Source: Gracilinanus agilis (taxonomy: Eukaryota). From it: a stretch of 63,938 nt of DNA. The DNA lies in NCBI RefSeq assembly GCF_016433145.1, contig NC_058131.1, forward strand, positions 289,046,962 through 289,110,899, in the 5' to 3' direction. A program made the translations under genes and the position numbers. Shown here piece after piece: positions 30,680 through 58,164 of the stretch. The notes under the pieces were generated by a model that saw nothing but the letters and a program-made list of their open reading frames with translations, was not told the DNA's origin and made no database searches. Within the stretch, counting starts at the first letter, position 1. Each line of letters opens with the position of its first letter.

Positions 30680-31345
30680 TCTAAGGGTTCCTTCATGCTC
30701 TAACATTCCATTACCTTTGAGCTCTTAACATTCTATGGTTAAAGTTCTTTCCTAGCTAATGTGTGCTAAGGTTCTTGCTGCATCTAATGTTCCGTGGTAA
30801 GATACCTTCTTGCTCTAATATCCCATTTCCTTTGTTACAGCTCTAAACATCCTATTTTTTAGAGGTTATTTCTAATATTCTATAATTAAGCTGTAACATT
30901 CTGTGTTCTAAGATCCTTGTCATTTCTTTCTTTTTTTTTTTTTTAAACCCTTACCTTCCATCTTGGAGTCAATACTGTGTATTGGCTCCAAGGCAGAAGA
31001 ATGGTAAGAGTAGGCAATGGGGGTCAAGTGACTTGCCCAGGGTCACACAGCCAGGAAGCGTCTGAGGCCAGATTTGAACCCAGGTCCTCCCGTCTCTAGG
31101 CCTGGCTCTCAATCTTCTGAGCTACCCAGCTGCCCCTGATCCTTGTCATTTCTAATGTTCTATGTTGTAAAGTCCCTACATTAGTTCCTAACATTCTTTG
31201 GGTTAAGGACCCCCTAATACCTTAACATGTCCTGTTCCAAGGTCCTTTTTCACTCTACTATTTTGTGCTCTCCATTCTAGGATCCCTTCCAGATCTAACA
31301 TTGTGCTCTCTGTTCAAAGATTTCCTTCCAGCTTTAACATTCAAT
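30680..31345 (+). repeat. Degenerate tandem array of about 30-33-bp units (consensus near AAGGTCCCTTCCAGCTCTAACATTCTGTGTTCT), interrupted by a SINE
   Basis: Recurrent ctctaacattct/taaggtcc motifs at a period near 30 bp. Confidence 0.65.
30928..31137 (-). mobile_element. Young SINE-1_MD-like element
   Basis: Near-consensus full length with long A-tail; 16-bp TSD gatccttgtcatttct (30912-30927, 31138-31153). Confidence 0.92.
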
Positions 31346-33562
31346 GAAATTCATCATTTATAACATTGGTGCTGCATCATTCTTCCTATAATGCAAAGAC
31401 CCTCTGCCTTTTCTCACCAGTCCCATCCCTCACCCAGCTCTTCCAAGAATTAGTTCCTGGTCCTACCTTTCCATAAATGATCCTCACACTTCCCATCTTA
31501 CCATGAACAGAATGCTAGATCTTCAGTATGGTATTCAGAGGGTCCTTAGAGCCATTAGTAGAGGGAGAGCCAGCTGGGTTGGAAGTCATTTTTACTGAGG
31601 GAAGTGCAAATTGACCTGGTGGTGGACCTTTACTGGTTCACCTCCATCTCCATGATCTTCCTGAGTAAATAAATATCTGATGGACCATCTCCAAATTCAC
31701 TTGGACTCCTTGATCTTTGTCACTGCCTAGTGACTGTCCTTAGCAAGACTCTCAGATGTTGCCAAGCTGTGGACTTGCCTTCTGTGCAGATGAACATAAA
31801 AGTTTTCCTGGAGCATCCTATCTATGCCCAAGGTCTTCATTGTCAGAATCACTTCCATAGCCTTTGTCTCAAATATGTTGGGGTAGTTTTCTACAACAGA
31901 GGTCATTTGTGAACCACGGCCTTCAATGTCTTGCTTTACTACCTGCTACTCAAGCAGACCACTCCTATACCCTGCTTGCCTATGTTATCATTGACTTCTG
32001 GCTTGACATGGACCAGGAGGGAGAAAACACCACACCTGTTGCAGTTGTTCTAGGTGTTGGTCAACTTCTACATCTCCCTTAAGTGCCATCTACACCAAGA
32101 ATGTGCTGCTCCCAGTTGAGAGCAGCATCTGGTACCTGATGTTCTGTGATAAGTCAACATCTGTGTCCTCTTTGCAGACCCTAGTGGCTTTCAGCAAGCT
32201 AGATAGTCTACTTCTGAGGCATGATGACATCAGTGAACTTTGTCACTGGCTACATGATGGACCTAGATCTCTAAATCACAACATGTTAGGCATGGCCTAA
32301 CATAGCCTGTGCCCAGATGGACCTGGCTATTCTCTACTTTGAGGAGGGAGAAGCTTGCTTTAATGGGTGTTCAATGTGATGGTGCTGGGTGGTTTTTCTG
32401 TCTACTGTGGGTAGAGGATCAAGACATGAAGACCCAAAGAGGGTAAGAAAGACAAGGTGGGAATATGAATTATCCAGCTGGTCTGAAACCTTGGATGAGT
32501 GGGGGGGGGTCAGAGGACAGGAGAGGGTATTATGGTAGAAGTATGTTGTCTCTGGGGGTGGAATCCTCAGATTGGGAAAAGGAGTGTCACTGGACAGGGG
32601 TGATAATCACAGTAAATGAACCTTAAAGAATAGATTCATGAAATCAGTCATTCCTTTAATCACAGTGCCCATTTATTGTTTACAAAGGGCTTGGTTCACA
32701 ACTGCCCCAAGGAAGTTTGTGCAAGTATTATCCCCATTTTAAAGATGAGGAAAGAGACAATTGGTTTTTTAGCCAGTGTCAGAAATAGGATTAAAAATCA
32801 GACGTTCCCACAATTATTATTCATTATTCTTACTAAACATACTGCCTGAAAAGGAGCATCCATTCCTTTGTAAACATTAGACAAAGACTACCAGGAAGAG
32901 GAAGAGAATGGGGCATCCCTCTTCTAACCTCTCATGGGGGATGTGTTAATGTGTTATCAACTATTCTTAAATGCCCCCAGTAGTCCCTGGAAACCACCAA
33001 AATAAAGAATAGAAACTGAGAGTGGACTATGAGCCTCCATTCTTCCTACATCCCCAACCATCAAATCATTTTGAAAACAGGGTACTAAACTTGCTGTCCC
33101 CACATCTCAGAAGGAAAATGTGGCTTTGGCCTTCAGTAGAAAAAAATGGAATACATCCACTTCAGAATTTGAGAAGCTGAGAATCTTGGCTGGGCGAGAT
33201 TGGGGAAGGTAGTGCAGGGTACTTTGGAAGGAGGATTGAATTGAGCTCAGTTTCAATGTGATAACAGCCCTGAGCTCAGTCTCCGTTCTTGACTTGGGGA
33301 AAAGCAAATCTTTACAGGCTCACTCCTCAGCCTTTGGTTGTTTTGGCCTGGAGGACATCAATCCTGTCAAGGATTGACCTTGGGCTCAGGATCCAGTATG
33401 GATCTCTCTAGCTGCCTCAAATCTACTCTCAGCCATAGCTTCTGATGACTTCTCAGGTGATGGATTTGACTAGAACTTTCTGTCATTGCAACCTGTGGGA
33501 AGCCCAAGTCTTGGAGAAACTTCCAACCTTGGTCTCCTGTTCACCTATCTTCCTGCCTGTTA

Positions 33563-33777
33563 CTGGATTCAAACCTGGATCTTCTTGGATCCAAGTCCAA
33601 CATTATTCAATTCCATTGTCTCCTTAAGTATTATTTCATTTTAATAGCTAAAGAACTTGAGGCTCTGAAAGGTTAAATAATTTTCCCATAGCCATTATTA
33701 AGTACCAGAGTTAAGAACCCAGGCCTTCTCTACTACACCAAATGATTCTTCAAATAAAATGTTGGACTTAACTTCCA
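33563..33777 (+). repeat. Direct repeat copy 1 (215 bp)
   Basis: Matches 35685-35907 with 6 substitutions and 2 small indels. Confidence 0.9.
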
Positions 33778-35684
33778 GAGGAGACTTCCCACAAGGGTGA
33801 GATATCCTCCAAGTTCTATGTGAGAGTGATGTGACAACTCGCACTACTTTTCTCTCCTCTCCCACTGCCCCTATCCCCAAGTTAAGATCAATGCCTTGAA
33901 TGTTTTGAAAAGATAGTAAGTTGGAGGAGCCAAGGATCTCTCACCTGAACTGGTCAAAAGTGAGAATAATACATGTGCACCCAGTTTCACTCAACAGGGA
34001 AACAAGTAGGAAAAAGAAAGGAGAATAGGATTATTTCTAAGCAAAACAAGCTCTTAATATATATAAAAATACTTATAGCTCTTTTTGAAGTGGCAAATGG
34101 GAATTTGTGTGTGGAGTGCCCATAAATTGGGGAGATGGCTGAACAAGTTATGGTTAACAAATATCTCAGAATACTATTATGCTATAAGAAATGATGAAGG
34201 GGATGGTTTCTGGGGGAAACTATATGAACTGATGTAGAATGAACAGAACCAGGGCAATTAATTCAATGGCAATATGGTAAAGACAAACAAATGTGAAAGA
34301 ATCACACCATCACCAACAAAAATCCCAGAGAAATAATAACATTTACTACTAATCTCCAGATAATGGGTTCAGAATGTAGAGGCACATGTTTCTGGACATG
34401 GCTAATGCATTAATTTGTTTGGTTTGATTATATAAAAAAACTAGGTTTTTGTTTTTGTTTTTTTCTTTCCTCATTTCTCAATCGAGGAAGCGTAAAATAC
34501 ACACATATATGTATATACACACATATATAATACACACAGACACGTAGACATACACACAATTTTAAGGAGAGACTGTAAGTCCCAGCTAAGTTAACACCTA
34601 TGTAGGATGTGAGAAAGAGAATAGTAGAAGAGAATGATGGAGGTTACACAGGTTTTGGGTGTGATCCAGTGCTTTCAGAGAATGACAGAAGCACCTGCTG
34701 TAGGGGGTGGCCAAAGCTGACATCTAGGATTCTAAAAGCCCCAAGTGAAAAGTACTGAATCAAAGGAAGCATGTTAATAATTGCAAGATTTCCAGAGAGA
34801 GGAATAAGAGGCCAGAAGATGCTATGGAGGGGCAGAGAAAAGATAAATAGTGATGGCAATATGGAGAAAGACAGAACATGCTAACTTTGAGGTATAGATC
34901 TAATTGGAGAGGGAACTGAGAATTTGGGCTGAAATCAGCTAGGTTAGAGATGGTAGGCCCTCATCTTTAGGGGTCCTTTATAATAAAGCAGGAAGCTGAT
35001 TCTAGCCCTAGCTGACTCTCAGAATGCCAAGATCTCATTTATCCTGAAGAATAATGTGGTAATCAGGACCATTAGGGTTAAGTCGAACTCACAGTCAAAA
35101 GCTATTTTAGAACCTCTTCCAAAGATGGCTGAGGATTAGGCACTTCAAAGAAACTATTATACAAAGTACATCCTGTCTTATACACCATTGCCTCCTAAGC
35201 AATTAAGACCTTTAAAAATTCCTGAATCCGTCACCTCTGTGTGCCTTGTGATAGGAATTAATACATATGAACCACTTTCCCTCCCTAGACCTCAGTCATG
35301 TGAATAATTCACATTTCTATAGCACTTGAAGGTTTTCAAGAAATGCCTCCCAATAAGTCTGTGAGATTTGCCAAAGAGCTGTGATTTCTTGATATGAGAA
35401 TTTACTCCCCAATACCAATATCTTTCTTTTTAAGCCCTTACCTTCTGTCTCAAGATTGATACTAAATATTGGTTCCAAAGAAGAAAAAGCATTAAGGGCT
35501 AAGCAATGGGGGTTAAATGACTTGCCCGGGGACACAGAGCTAGGAAGTTTGACCTCAGTTCCTCTCAACTCCATATCCACTGTGCTAACTCCCTGCCCCA
35601 TCAATATCTTTACTTGAAGTTTGAGTTTCCCTTTAGTTGAGAAGTGAAGTGAGTTATCCATATTCAAAGAACTATTGTCAGAAC

Positions 35685-35907
35685 CTGGATTCAAACCTGG
35701 ATCTTCTTGGGTCCAAGTCCAACATTATTCAACTCCATTGTCTCCTTAAGTATTATTATTTCATTTTAATAGCTAACGAACTTGAGGCTCTGAAAGATTA
35801 AATAATTTTCCCATAGCCATTCAACTATTAAGTGCCAGAGTTAAGAACCCAGGCCTTCTGTACTACACCAAATGATTCTTCAAATAAAATGTTGGACTTA
35901 ACTTCCA
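35685..35907 (+). repeat. Direct repeat copy 2 (223 bp)
   Basis: Matches 33563-33777; sits in continuous MIR-like context. Confidence 0.9.
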
Positions 35908-36169
35908 AAATTTTTTCTGCTCCAAGATCTGATATTTTAATTAATACAGAAAGAAGCAGTATTCCTTCTGCTTCATTATGTCAAGTGCTATATTGTATAA
36001 CTTGCTATTTACATTTCAGATCTTGTAAGTTCCAATGGACAATAGTTGTTGACTAGGAGGTAGTTCTTTTAAGTTTAATACTAAAGCTCCTTTTATTTCT
36101 CTCCAAGGGAGACAGCTCTATCTATAAACGCAAATGAATGCTTCCATGGGTTATTTTAAAAAACAATTT

Positions 36170-36175
36170 TTTATT
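36170..36175 (-). terminator. Candidate ZSWIM3 poly(A) signal (second candidate 36092-36097)
   Basis: TTTATT on + strand, about 490 nt past the stop. Confidence 0.5.
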
Positions 36176-36662
36176 AATATTGCAAATAAGACAAATATAG
36201 TGACAGAATCTCTGTGTATAGCAGCAACATTCAGAAACTACCTTTTCTCTCTTCTTTCCTCTAGATCCTGGTTCAATCTATTCTGGAGAAGGGGAGTTTC
36301 AGCCTTGGAGTGGGTAGAATCTGACCCATGTATGAGATCCTTCAACACAAACACAACTTTGTTCCAAAACATTCAACCTTTGGGATGAGAAGGATGCCAA
36401 GAAAAGGAACGGGGTATTTGAGCCCTTTCCTAATCCTGAGAGCCAGCCCAACTTCTAGTCACTAGAATAAGGGTACAGACATCAGTGGTTCTGATTCACT
36501 GAAGACAAGACTGTCATCTCATCCCTTAATTCGTTATTAGCCTGACCAGGGCTAAGATGGGGATGAACCAAACCAAACAACCCAAGAAAGGAAGGGCATT
36601 GGTCCATGTTAATCCCACTCCTATTCTGCTTTTTAGAAAGGTCTTTGGCTTTACTGAGTGCC

Positions 36663-51128
<14,466 letters not shown>

Positions 51129-51299
51129 TCACTAGAGGGGTCAGAGGTCATACAGTTGCAATGAGAAGGGTAGAGGGACCCATATATAGCACACTGTGGG
51201 TACTTGTGATCCAGAACTTGACATTAAGGTGGTGCCCCTCAAACCTCCTCCAACACAAGTCTCAAATGAGTCTTACCAGAGCTATGGAAACCGGGCTGT

Positions 51300-51672
51300 A
51301 GGGGAGGGAGAAGACGACCCTCGGTGCTTATTATCCAGACCCTAGGCACCGCCCCTTTGCGGGGAGGCCGAATCATAAACTAGATCATCAGACGGACTTC
51401 TCCTTGAGCCAGTTGCAAAAAGAAGCAAGAGCAATATGACTGGAGATGGACGGGAGAGATAACCAATGAAAATCTGGCTCCGCCTCTAGGCGGGGTGCCG
51501 GGGAACTTCCGGATTCAAAGGCCCGCCCCCTTCTCTCCCGGAAATACGGAGTGATGGGCAGCTCCGTGGGCGGGTTAAGCCTCTTCCCCGCAGCCCCGCC
51601 CAGGCGCCGACTTCGGAGCCTCGGCTTCCTGGGCTGGTAGAGTCTCCCTATCACAGCGCCGGAGCTTGTGAG
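51300..51672. promoter_or_regulatory. ZSWIM3/ACOT8 bidirectional CpG-island promoter
   Basis: Start codons diverge about 610 bp apart (51059 minus, 51673 plus). CCAAT 51463-51467, ETS/GABP ACTTCCGG 51505-51512, several GGGCGG/CCGCCC boxes. Confidence 0.75.
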
Positions 51673-54600
51673 ATGTCGCCCCCGCTGGATTCGGGGAGCG
51701 TCGAGGAGCCCTCTGGGGACCTCCGCAGCGTCTTGGTCACCAGCGTGCTCAACCTGGAGCCGCTGGATGAGGATCTGTACAGGTAGTGGCGCCCGCGGCG
51801 ACCCTTAAGATCGCGACATGTCCTTTCTTTATCGCGACAGGAGCTCCTCCCACTAGCCGGGACTGGGGATACGGCGGGGCCGGATTCCTCTGACCTTGAC
51901 CCGCCCACGCTCCCCCCACCCCCGGCCCATCTCTCTTCCTCTTCTACTTTCTTCCCTTTTCTTCTGTTGTTTTTCCACTCCGCGATAGGGAGGGAGTCAC
52001 GATTGTATGCTGATCTAAAAAAACACCTGCTTGGCCCACGTTGACTGTGGGGAGCCCTAAAGTCAGCGACTTCGGAATCCATATGGCCGAGCCCTGTTTC
52101 AGCCACCTCTGGAGCCATAAACGGGAACTTGACCTCTGCTGCTGCAATTCCGGTTGCGCTGCATCCCTGTCAATCAATCAACAAATATTCAGCTCTCACT
52201 GTGTTAGGTGCCTGGGCTACAGAGAAAATGAAATCGCCCCTGTCCCTAAAAAGCTTATATTGACCTCTCTTTTACTGGGAGTCTCCTCTTTCCCTAGATG
52301 GAGAAAATCCACTTCGCAGGACCCCAAACTGAGTCCTGAACCCAGTTCTCATCACTCACTAGGGCTCTTTCCATCATAACATGCTGCCTTTCTTTAATAG
52401 AGCCAGGCTTATATGTTACATAGCAAGACAGTTTTTTTGTTTTATAAAAACTCTGAGGCTTAGGTCCTTAAATGCTGTCTGTAGAATGGATCTACACTGA
52501 GACCAGAAGACTAGGAGGGAGACAGAGGACTTAGGACTGAATTTTAAAGTTAACTTCATTGAAGGAAGAAGCCCTGTTCCAGCTTTCCCCACAGTATTTG
52601 CCATATAAATAATTACACAACTGATCTTTATTGAATTCTTTTCTTTACCTGCCTCTTTCCCCCATTCACCCCTCCCTGGGAATGGTTGCCAAATCTGGAT
52701 GCCCTTTTCCATCTGAGGGCAAAGTTCTTTGATTAATTATGGACAGTATGGAACTTAGGAACTTTTCTTGAACTTTATTTTAGTCACTATACTGGGTTCT
52801 AACATGAGCTTCTGACTGTGAGGTAGGACTAGTTACTTCCCCTCTATGGGCTTTAGTTTCCCCTCCTGTGAAATAAGATTGGACTAGATGATCCTTAAGG
52901 CAATTGTGTTTTATAGGTCCTTCTTTCCATTCACAGGGGGAGGCATTACTGGGTCCCCACAACCCAGAGGCTCTTTGGAGGTCAGATTGTGGGCCAGGCC
53001 CTGGTGGCTGCAGCCAAATCTGTGAGTGAAGATGTCCATGTCCATTCCTTGCACTGCTACTTCGTGAGGGCAGGTAACCTTCCCCATCTACTCCTTACTT
53101 CCTCTACCCCACTCCTTCCACTATGGCATGCATACATGCATACTTGCTTTCACATTCTAAAGGAGCCTGTTGGGAGTGAGAGGCCCAAAGAGGACCTACT
53201 CCAGGAGCTGGCTATCTATAGCTTTGATTTCTCCTTTTTATGTTAACTACAAAACTAATGATCTGTAACACTCATTTTTACACTGACTGACATTCTGCTG
53301 AACATTATTACTTAAAATTTCCTTGTATGTGTATATATAATTTCCTTCATGCATTTGTGACCCTGAGGCTGGGCCTTCTGCTAACTATTTTTGTGAGGCT
53401 TTGAAATATAGAAAGAGTGCTAGCCTGAATCAGGGGACTTGGGTTTTAGTCTGCCCATTGCTACTGCCTGTGTGATGTTGGACAAGTCACTTCTCCTAGG
53501 CTTCTGTTCTCTCATCTGCAAAATGGGGGGTGGGGGAAGGACAGCAATGTCAGTCTTAACTGAATACACATATACTTCCTTATAGTTTACAAAGCACTTC
53601 ACATGTGTTATTTAATTTGGTCCTTACAATAATAACCCTATAAGGTAAGTAATATAAATATTATTTTCCCTGTTTTACAGATAAGGAATCTAAGGGGGAA
53701 ATCCTTTGGCCAAGGTCACATAGCTAGTAAGTATCAGGGCCAGGGCTAGAACACAGGTCTCCTGATTCCAAATCTAGTGCTCTTTTCATCATACTGAGAG
53801 ATGATTCCTGAGGTCCCCAGGAGTACTAAGGTCCTGGTGTCCTGAGGCCCTTGGCTGCAGGGATATTCTGTGATTCCCTTTGTTTTCTACTGGAGAGACT
53901 GCATCCAGGCTCACCTAGCTGCCCCCTTGTGCCCTGCAGGGGACCCAAAAGTGCCAGTGTTGTACCAGGTGGAACGGACACGCACAGGAGCCAGTTTCTC
54001 TGTACGTTCAGTGAAGGCCGTGCAGCATGGCAAGGCCATCTTCATCTGCCAGGCTTCATTCCAGCAGACCCAGCCCAGTCCTGTACAGCACCAGTTCTCA
54101 ATGCCATCTGTCTCCCCACCAGAGAAACTTCTTAGTTGTGAGGAGCTCATTGACAAATATTTACGGTGAGGGGGCATTGTGGTCTGGAGATGGGAGGGCT
54201 GGCTTAGCAGGCAGGAGAATAAATTCAGCACATCTCTGGGATTATAGACAAAGTCCTCTGTTTCTTATGAAATAGAAATAATCTCTGTCCTACCTACCTT
54301 TTCAGGTAGTGGTAAGATTATAGATGTGGAAAGGTATAAAAATGCTATACATGTACTCATTAATGAGTGAAATTTTGGGAAATAGGGCTTCCTGAAGACT
54401 GAGGCTCAGAGAAAAGCAACAAAAGGGTTGGGGCAGGTTTCCCTGGGACAACCCCACCCCATAATCTCAGAGTTAGAAGGGACTCAAGAGGTCATCTCAT
54501 TCCAACCTTTACTTAAATAGCAATTCCCTCTATTGTCTCATCTAGTGTCTGCTCTAAGCCTTTTAGTGGCAAGGACCTCATTATGCCCTTTTCCCCCCTA

Positions 54601-57600
54601 AGTAGAGTTTGGACTACCTTGGGAGAGGAACAGAAATGAGGAGACTTAAGTGACGAAGGAAAGACTGCATTATCAGAGGGCTCTCACTTACGTAGAGGAT
54701 TGTCTAATTCGGTAAAAAAAAAAATGCAAATTCTGTAGAGGAGAGCCAGCCAGACATGGAGGCAGTCTGGCTGCTTTAATTCAGATAGAACTGAGGTAAT
54801 TCATTGGGTGGGGAGGGGCAGGCTGGGGGAGAGGAGGGGGAAAGAGAGGCACAAAACTGGCAGCAAAAGCCATAACTATGAGATTATCTTTCCATGTTCC
54901 ACAAAGCCAGATAAGGAGGAAATCATATAACCACAGAATGTCATAGTTGAAAGGGATCTCAGAATTCATCTCTTTGAACCTTTACCTGAAAAGGAAGTTC
55001 TATTAACTTCAAGCTTCTTCTTGACCTCCTGGGATTAGAAACTCAGTACTTCCTCCATGTTCTATTCTATAGTTGGATAGATTTTGGTTGTTAGAATTTT
55101 TCCCCCTTATATTTAGCCAAAATATGTCTATTAAAACCTTTTTTTCCTAGTTATGGTCTTTGTAATTAAGCAAAATAAATCTCAGCTCCTCTGCACAATT
55201 TTGATTTTAGATAGATGTGAAAGGATAGGGAAAGAAGCAGCTAAGTGACACAGTGGATAGAGTACCAGCCCTGTTGTTAGGAAGTCCTGGGTTCAAATGT
55301 GGCATCAGATACTTCTAGCTGTGTGACCCTGAGTAATCATTTAACTCCAGTTGCCTAGTCCTTATCACTCTTCTACCTTAGAACAGATAAATAGAATCTA
55401 TTCTAAGTCAGAAAGTAAGGGTTAGAAAGAAGATATGGGACACTTCTGGGCTTTTAGAGAAAAGTCCTGATACACAGAGGGATGAGGCAGCAACTTTGCC
55501 TCTTACTATCTGTCTGACTAGGCAAATCTCATCTCTCTGAGGCTCATCCATAAAATTAAGGAGCTTGGATGATCCTCTGAGGTTCCTTCCAACTCTACAG
55601 ACTATAGAGTAAAAGGGCTCCTCATTTTCATTCTTTCCAGGGACCCCAAGCTACAGGAAAAGTATCGAATAGGATTGAACAGAATTGCTGCCCAAGATGT
55701 GCCCATTGAAATCAAACTGGTGGATCCACACAGTTTGGGACAGCAGAAGGCCAAGCAGATGTTCTGGGTTCGGGCTCGGGGTTACATCGGTAAGAACATC
55801 TGTTTCTTGTTGTATCATGCCCCCCTCCCAAGGGGGTGATAGGTAGGAAGAGCAGCTGAGATCAGAAATTCCACTGTAGACATTCATAGGGGAATTATAA
55901 GATCATAGGCTTTAGAGCTAGGAGGAACCTTCATTCTACAGAGAAGGAAAATCAGACCCAGAGACGGCCAACTGTCTTGAACAGTATTAAGTGGAAGAAT
56001 TCATTTCAATCCCTGGTCTTCTGACTCTCCACTGCACCATACAGTAGCTTAGCCCAGCCTTCATTCTTCTCTCACGTGTTATCCTATGATCCTGAGGTTC
56101 AGACCCAGGCTTCCTGGGTCTCACAAAGTACCGATACCATTTCAGGGGAAGGAGACATGAAGATGCACTGCTGTGTGGCTGCCTACATATCTGACTACGC
56201 TTTTCTGGGCACTGCCATGCTTCCCCATCAGCATCACCAAGTCCGATTCATGGTTTCCCTTGACCATTCCATGTGGTTCCACGCCCCCTTCCGAGCTGAC
56301 CACTGGATGCTATATGAGTGTGAAAGCCCCTGGGCTGGTGAGTTCAGAGGAAGAGGGTGAGGGGGTTGGGGGGGAGTGGGGATTCACAAACAACTACCAT
56401 GAACCATTAAGACTGGGGCTTTTCCATTTGAGAAGCTGAAAACTGACTTGGGTTAAGAGGGTGACTTCCCAGTCATAAAGCAGATCAAGGAGGAAAGCAC
56501 TTTTAGAGTTCCAGTAGGGTCAGCTCTTAAAAGATGTGGTAATAATAGCTCACATGTATCTAGTAGTATACATTGTCTCATTTGATTTTTTTATACATGT
56601 GTGTGTGTGTGTTTTAAACCCTTACCTTCTGTTTTAGTATCAGTTCTGACAGAAGAGCCATAAGGGCAAGGCAATTGGAGTTAAGTCACTTGCCCAGGGT
56701 CCCACAGCTAGGAAATATCTGAGGCCAGATTTGAACCCAGGTCTTCCCAATTCCAGGCCTGACTCTCCATCCTCTGTGCTACATAGCTGCCCTTTCATTT
56801 GATAATACTGTATTTGATCCTCACAACAACCCTGAGAGATAGTGACAGTTATGTCTTCAGATGAAGCAACTGGGAAGTCTTTGGAGCCAGAGCAGAACCC
56901 AGCCTTTGAGACTGGTCCTATTTTCAACCATTCTCATTTTAAACTTAAGGGAACCAAGGATCATAGAGAAGTGACTTGTCCAAGGTCATTCCATTAGTGA
57001 ATAGCAAATGGCAGAACTGCTACAGACCAGGGCCCTCAGACTCTTAAGGCCACTTTTCTACTTTTTTTTCCTTCTACATCAAATTTAGTTCCCATAAAAA
57101 AAAAAAAATAGCTGATACTAGAAAGGTGGGACAGGCTCCCAAGGCACTAAGAGACCTTGCTGGATTTCAGGTCTGTAGTGGGTTATTAAGAGAGTTGCCA
57201 GGGGGCAGCTGGGTGGCTCAGTGGATTGAGAGCCAGGCCCAGAGACAGAAGGTCCTGGATTCAAATCTGGCCTCAGAGATTTCCTAGCTGTGTGACCCTG
57301 GGCAAGTCACTTAACCCCCGTTACCTGCCCCTTAACACAATTCTGCCTTAGAACCAATACACAGTATTGATTTTAAGACAGAAGGTAAAGGTTTTAGTTG
57401 CCAGTGTTATGTGATAGAAAGAGCCTTGAAGTAGAAGAACTAGACTTTAGCCCCATCTCTGCTATTCATTAGCTGAGGCCTTGTGCAAACGTGAGCTGGT
57501 GAGGCAGAGAGGACAGAACCCTGGATTTGGAACCAGGAGAAACCTGAGTTCAAAATCCACCTCTGACACTTAAAAAGTGTTACCTAGGGCAAGTCACTCA

Positions 57601-58025
57601 GTTTCCTCATCTGAAAACATGGACAACCATACCTTTTCGTAGATAGGACTTTGTATCATACAGAACTGTCGTAAACATCCAGAAAAAAAAAAAAGATATA
57701 AAATTAACATAAACGCCAGCTATTTGTACTATGAAGGAAAAGTTGAATGGTTTCTTTCCATATCTAACCTCAGAAATCACAAGATGATGTACTTTTCCCC
57801 CAGTCTTTCCCTGGGTGGTCTCTTGGCATTATTGATATGGAGGATGGTGAGGTTTGGGAAGGGTATGAGTGCAGGCCAGGTGCTCAGTCTTCTTGCCCAC
57901 CCACAGGGGGCTCTCGAGGACTGGTTCACGGGCGTCTATGGCGTCGAGATGGAGTCCTGGCTGTATCATGTGCCCAGGAGGGTGTGATCCGGGTGAAGCA
58001 GGAGGAGCTGGAGAGTAAGCTGTAG
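51673..58025 (+). CDS. ACOT8: Acyl-CoA thioesterase 8 (peroxisomal), 310 aa
   Basis: Exons 51673-51782, 52937-53073, 53940-54165, 55641-55789, 56146-56337, 57907-58025 (TAG); total 933 nt. Motifs LFGGQIVGQAL, HSLHCYF, AYISDYAF, SLDHSMWFH, CAQEG; C-terminal PTS1 SKL. Confidence 0.97.
57202..57395 (+). mobile_element. Marsupial CORE SINE in ACOT8 intron 5
   Basis: Full length; TSD agttgccag (57193-57201, 57396-57404). Confidence 0.87.
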
Positions 58026-58123
58026 GAAGAGGCATGAAGTGCCCCAGACCCTCTGCAGCCATCCTTGTATCCTACTCTACCAGGAACTGAGTGAGAGCTA
58101 TGTCCTTCCTGCACTTTGCACAT

Positions 58124-58129
58124 AATAAA
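58124..58129 (+). terminator. ACOT8 poly(A) signal AATAAA
   Basis: First AATAAA after the stop (98 nt downstream). Confidence 0.75.
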
Positions 58130-58158
58130 AACGGGTACCACTTGGAGGAGTCAACTTT

Positions 58159-58164
58159 TTTATT
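58159..58164 (-). terminator. Probable SNX21 poly(A) signal AATAAA
   Basis: TTTATT on + strand, about 510 nt after the SNX21 stop. Confidence 0.6.

Noticed and set aside
30680-31345. Regularly spaced 30-bp units as a possible CRISPR array
   Set aside because: Eukaryotic DNA; the units are degenerate and contiguous, with no unique spacers or cas genes.
31800-32250. Motif look-alikes in the coding-like island (NHFHSLCL RING-like, RKHH FYVE-like, VLFAD cyclase-like, LHDG RTE-like)
   Set aside because: Short isolated matches in different frames with no collinear support; no family assigned.
51651-52118. 155-aa minus-strand ORF antisense to ACOT8 exon 1/intron 1
   Set aside because: Low-complexity, GC-rich shadow ORF with no recognised homology and a non-ATG start.
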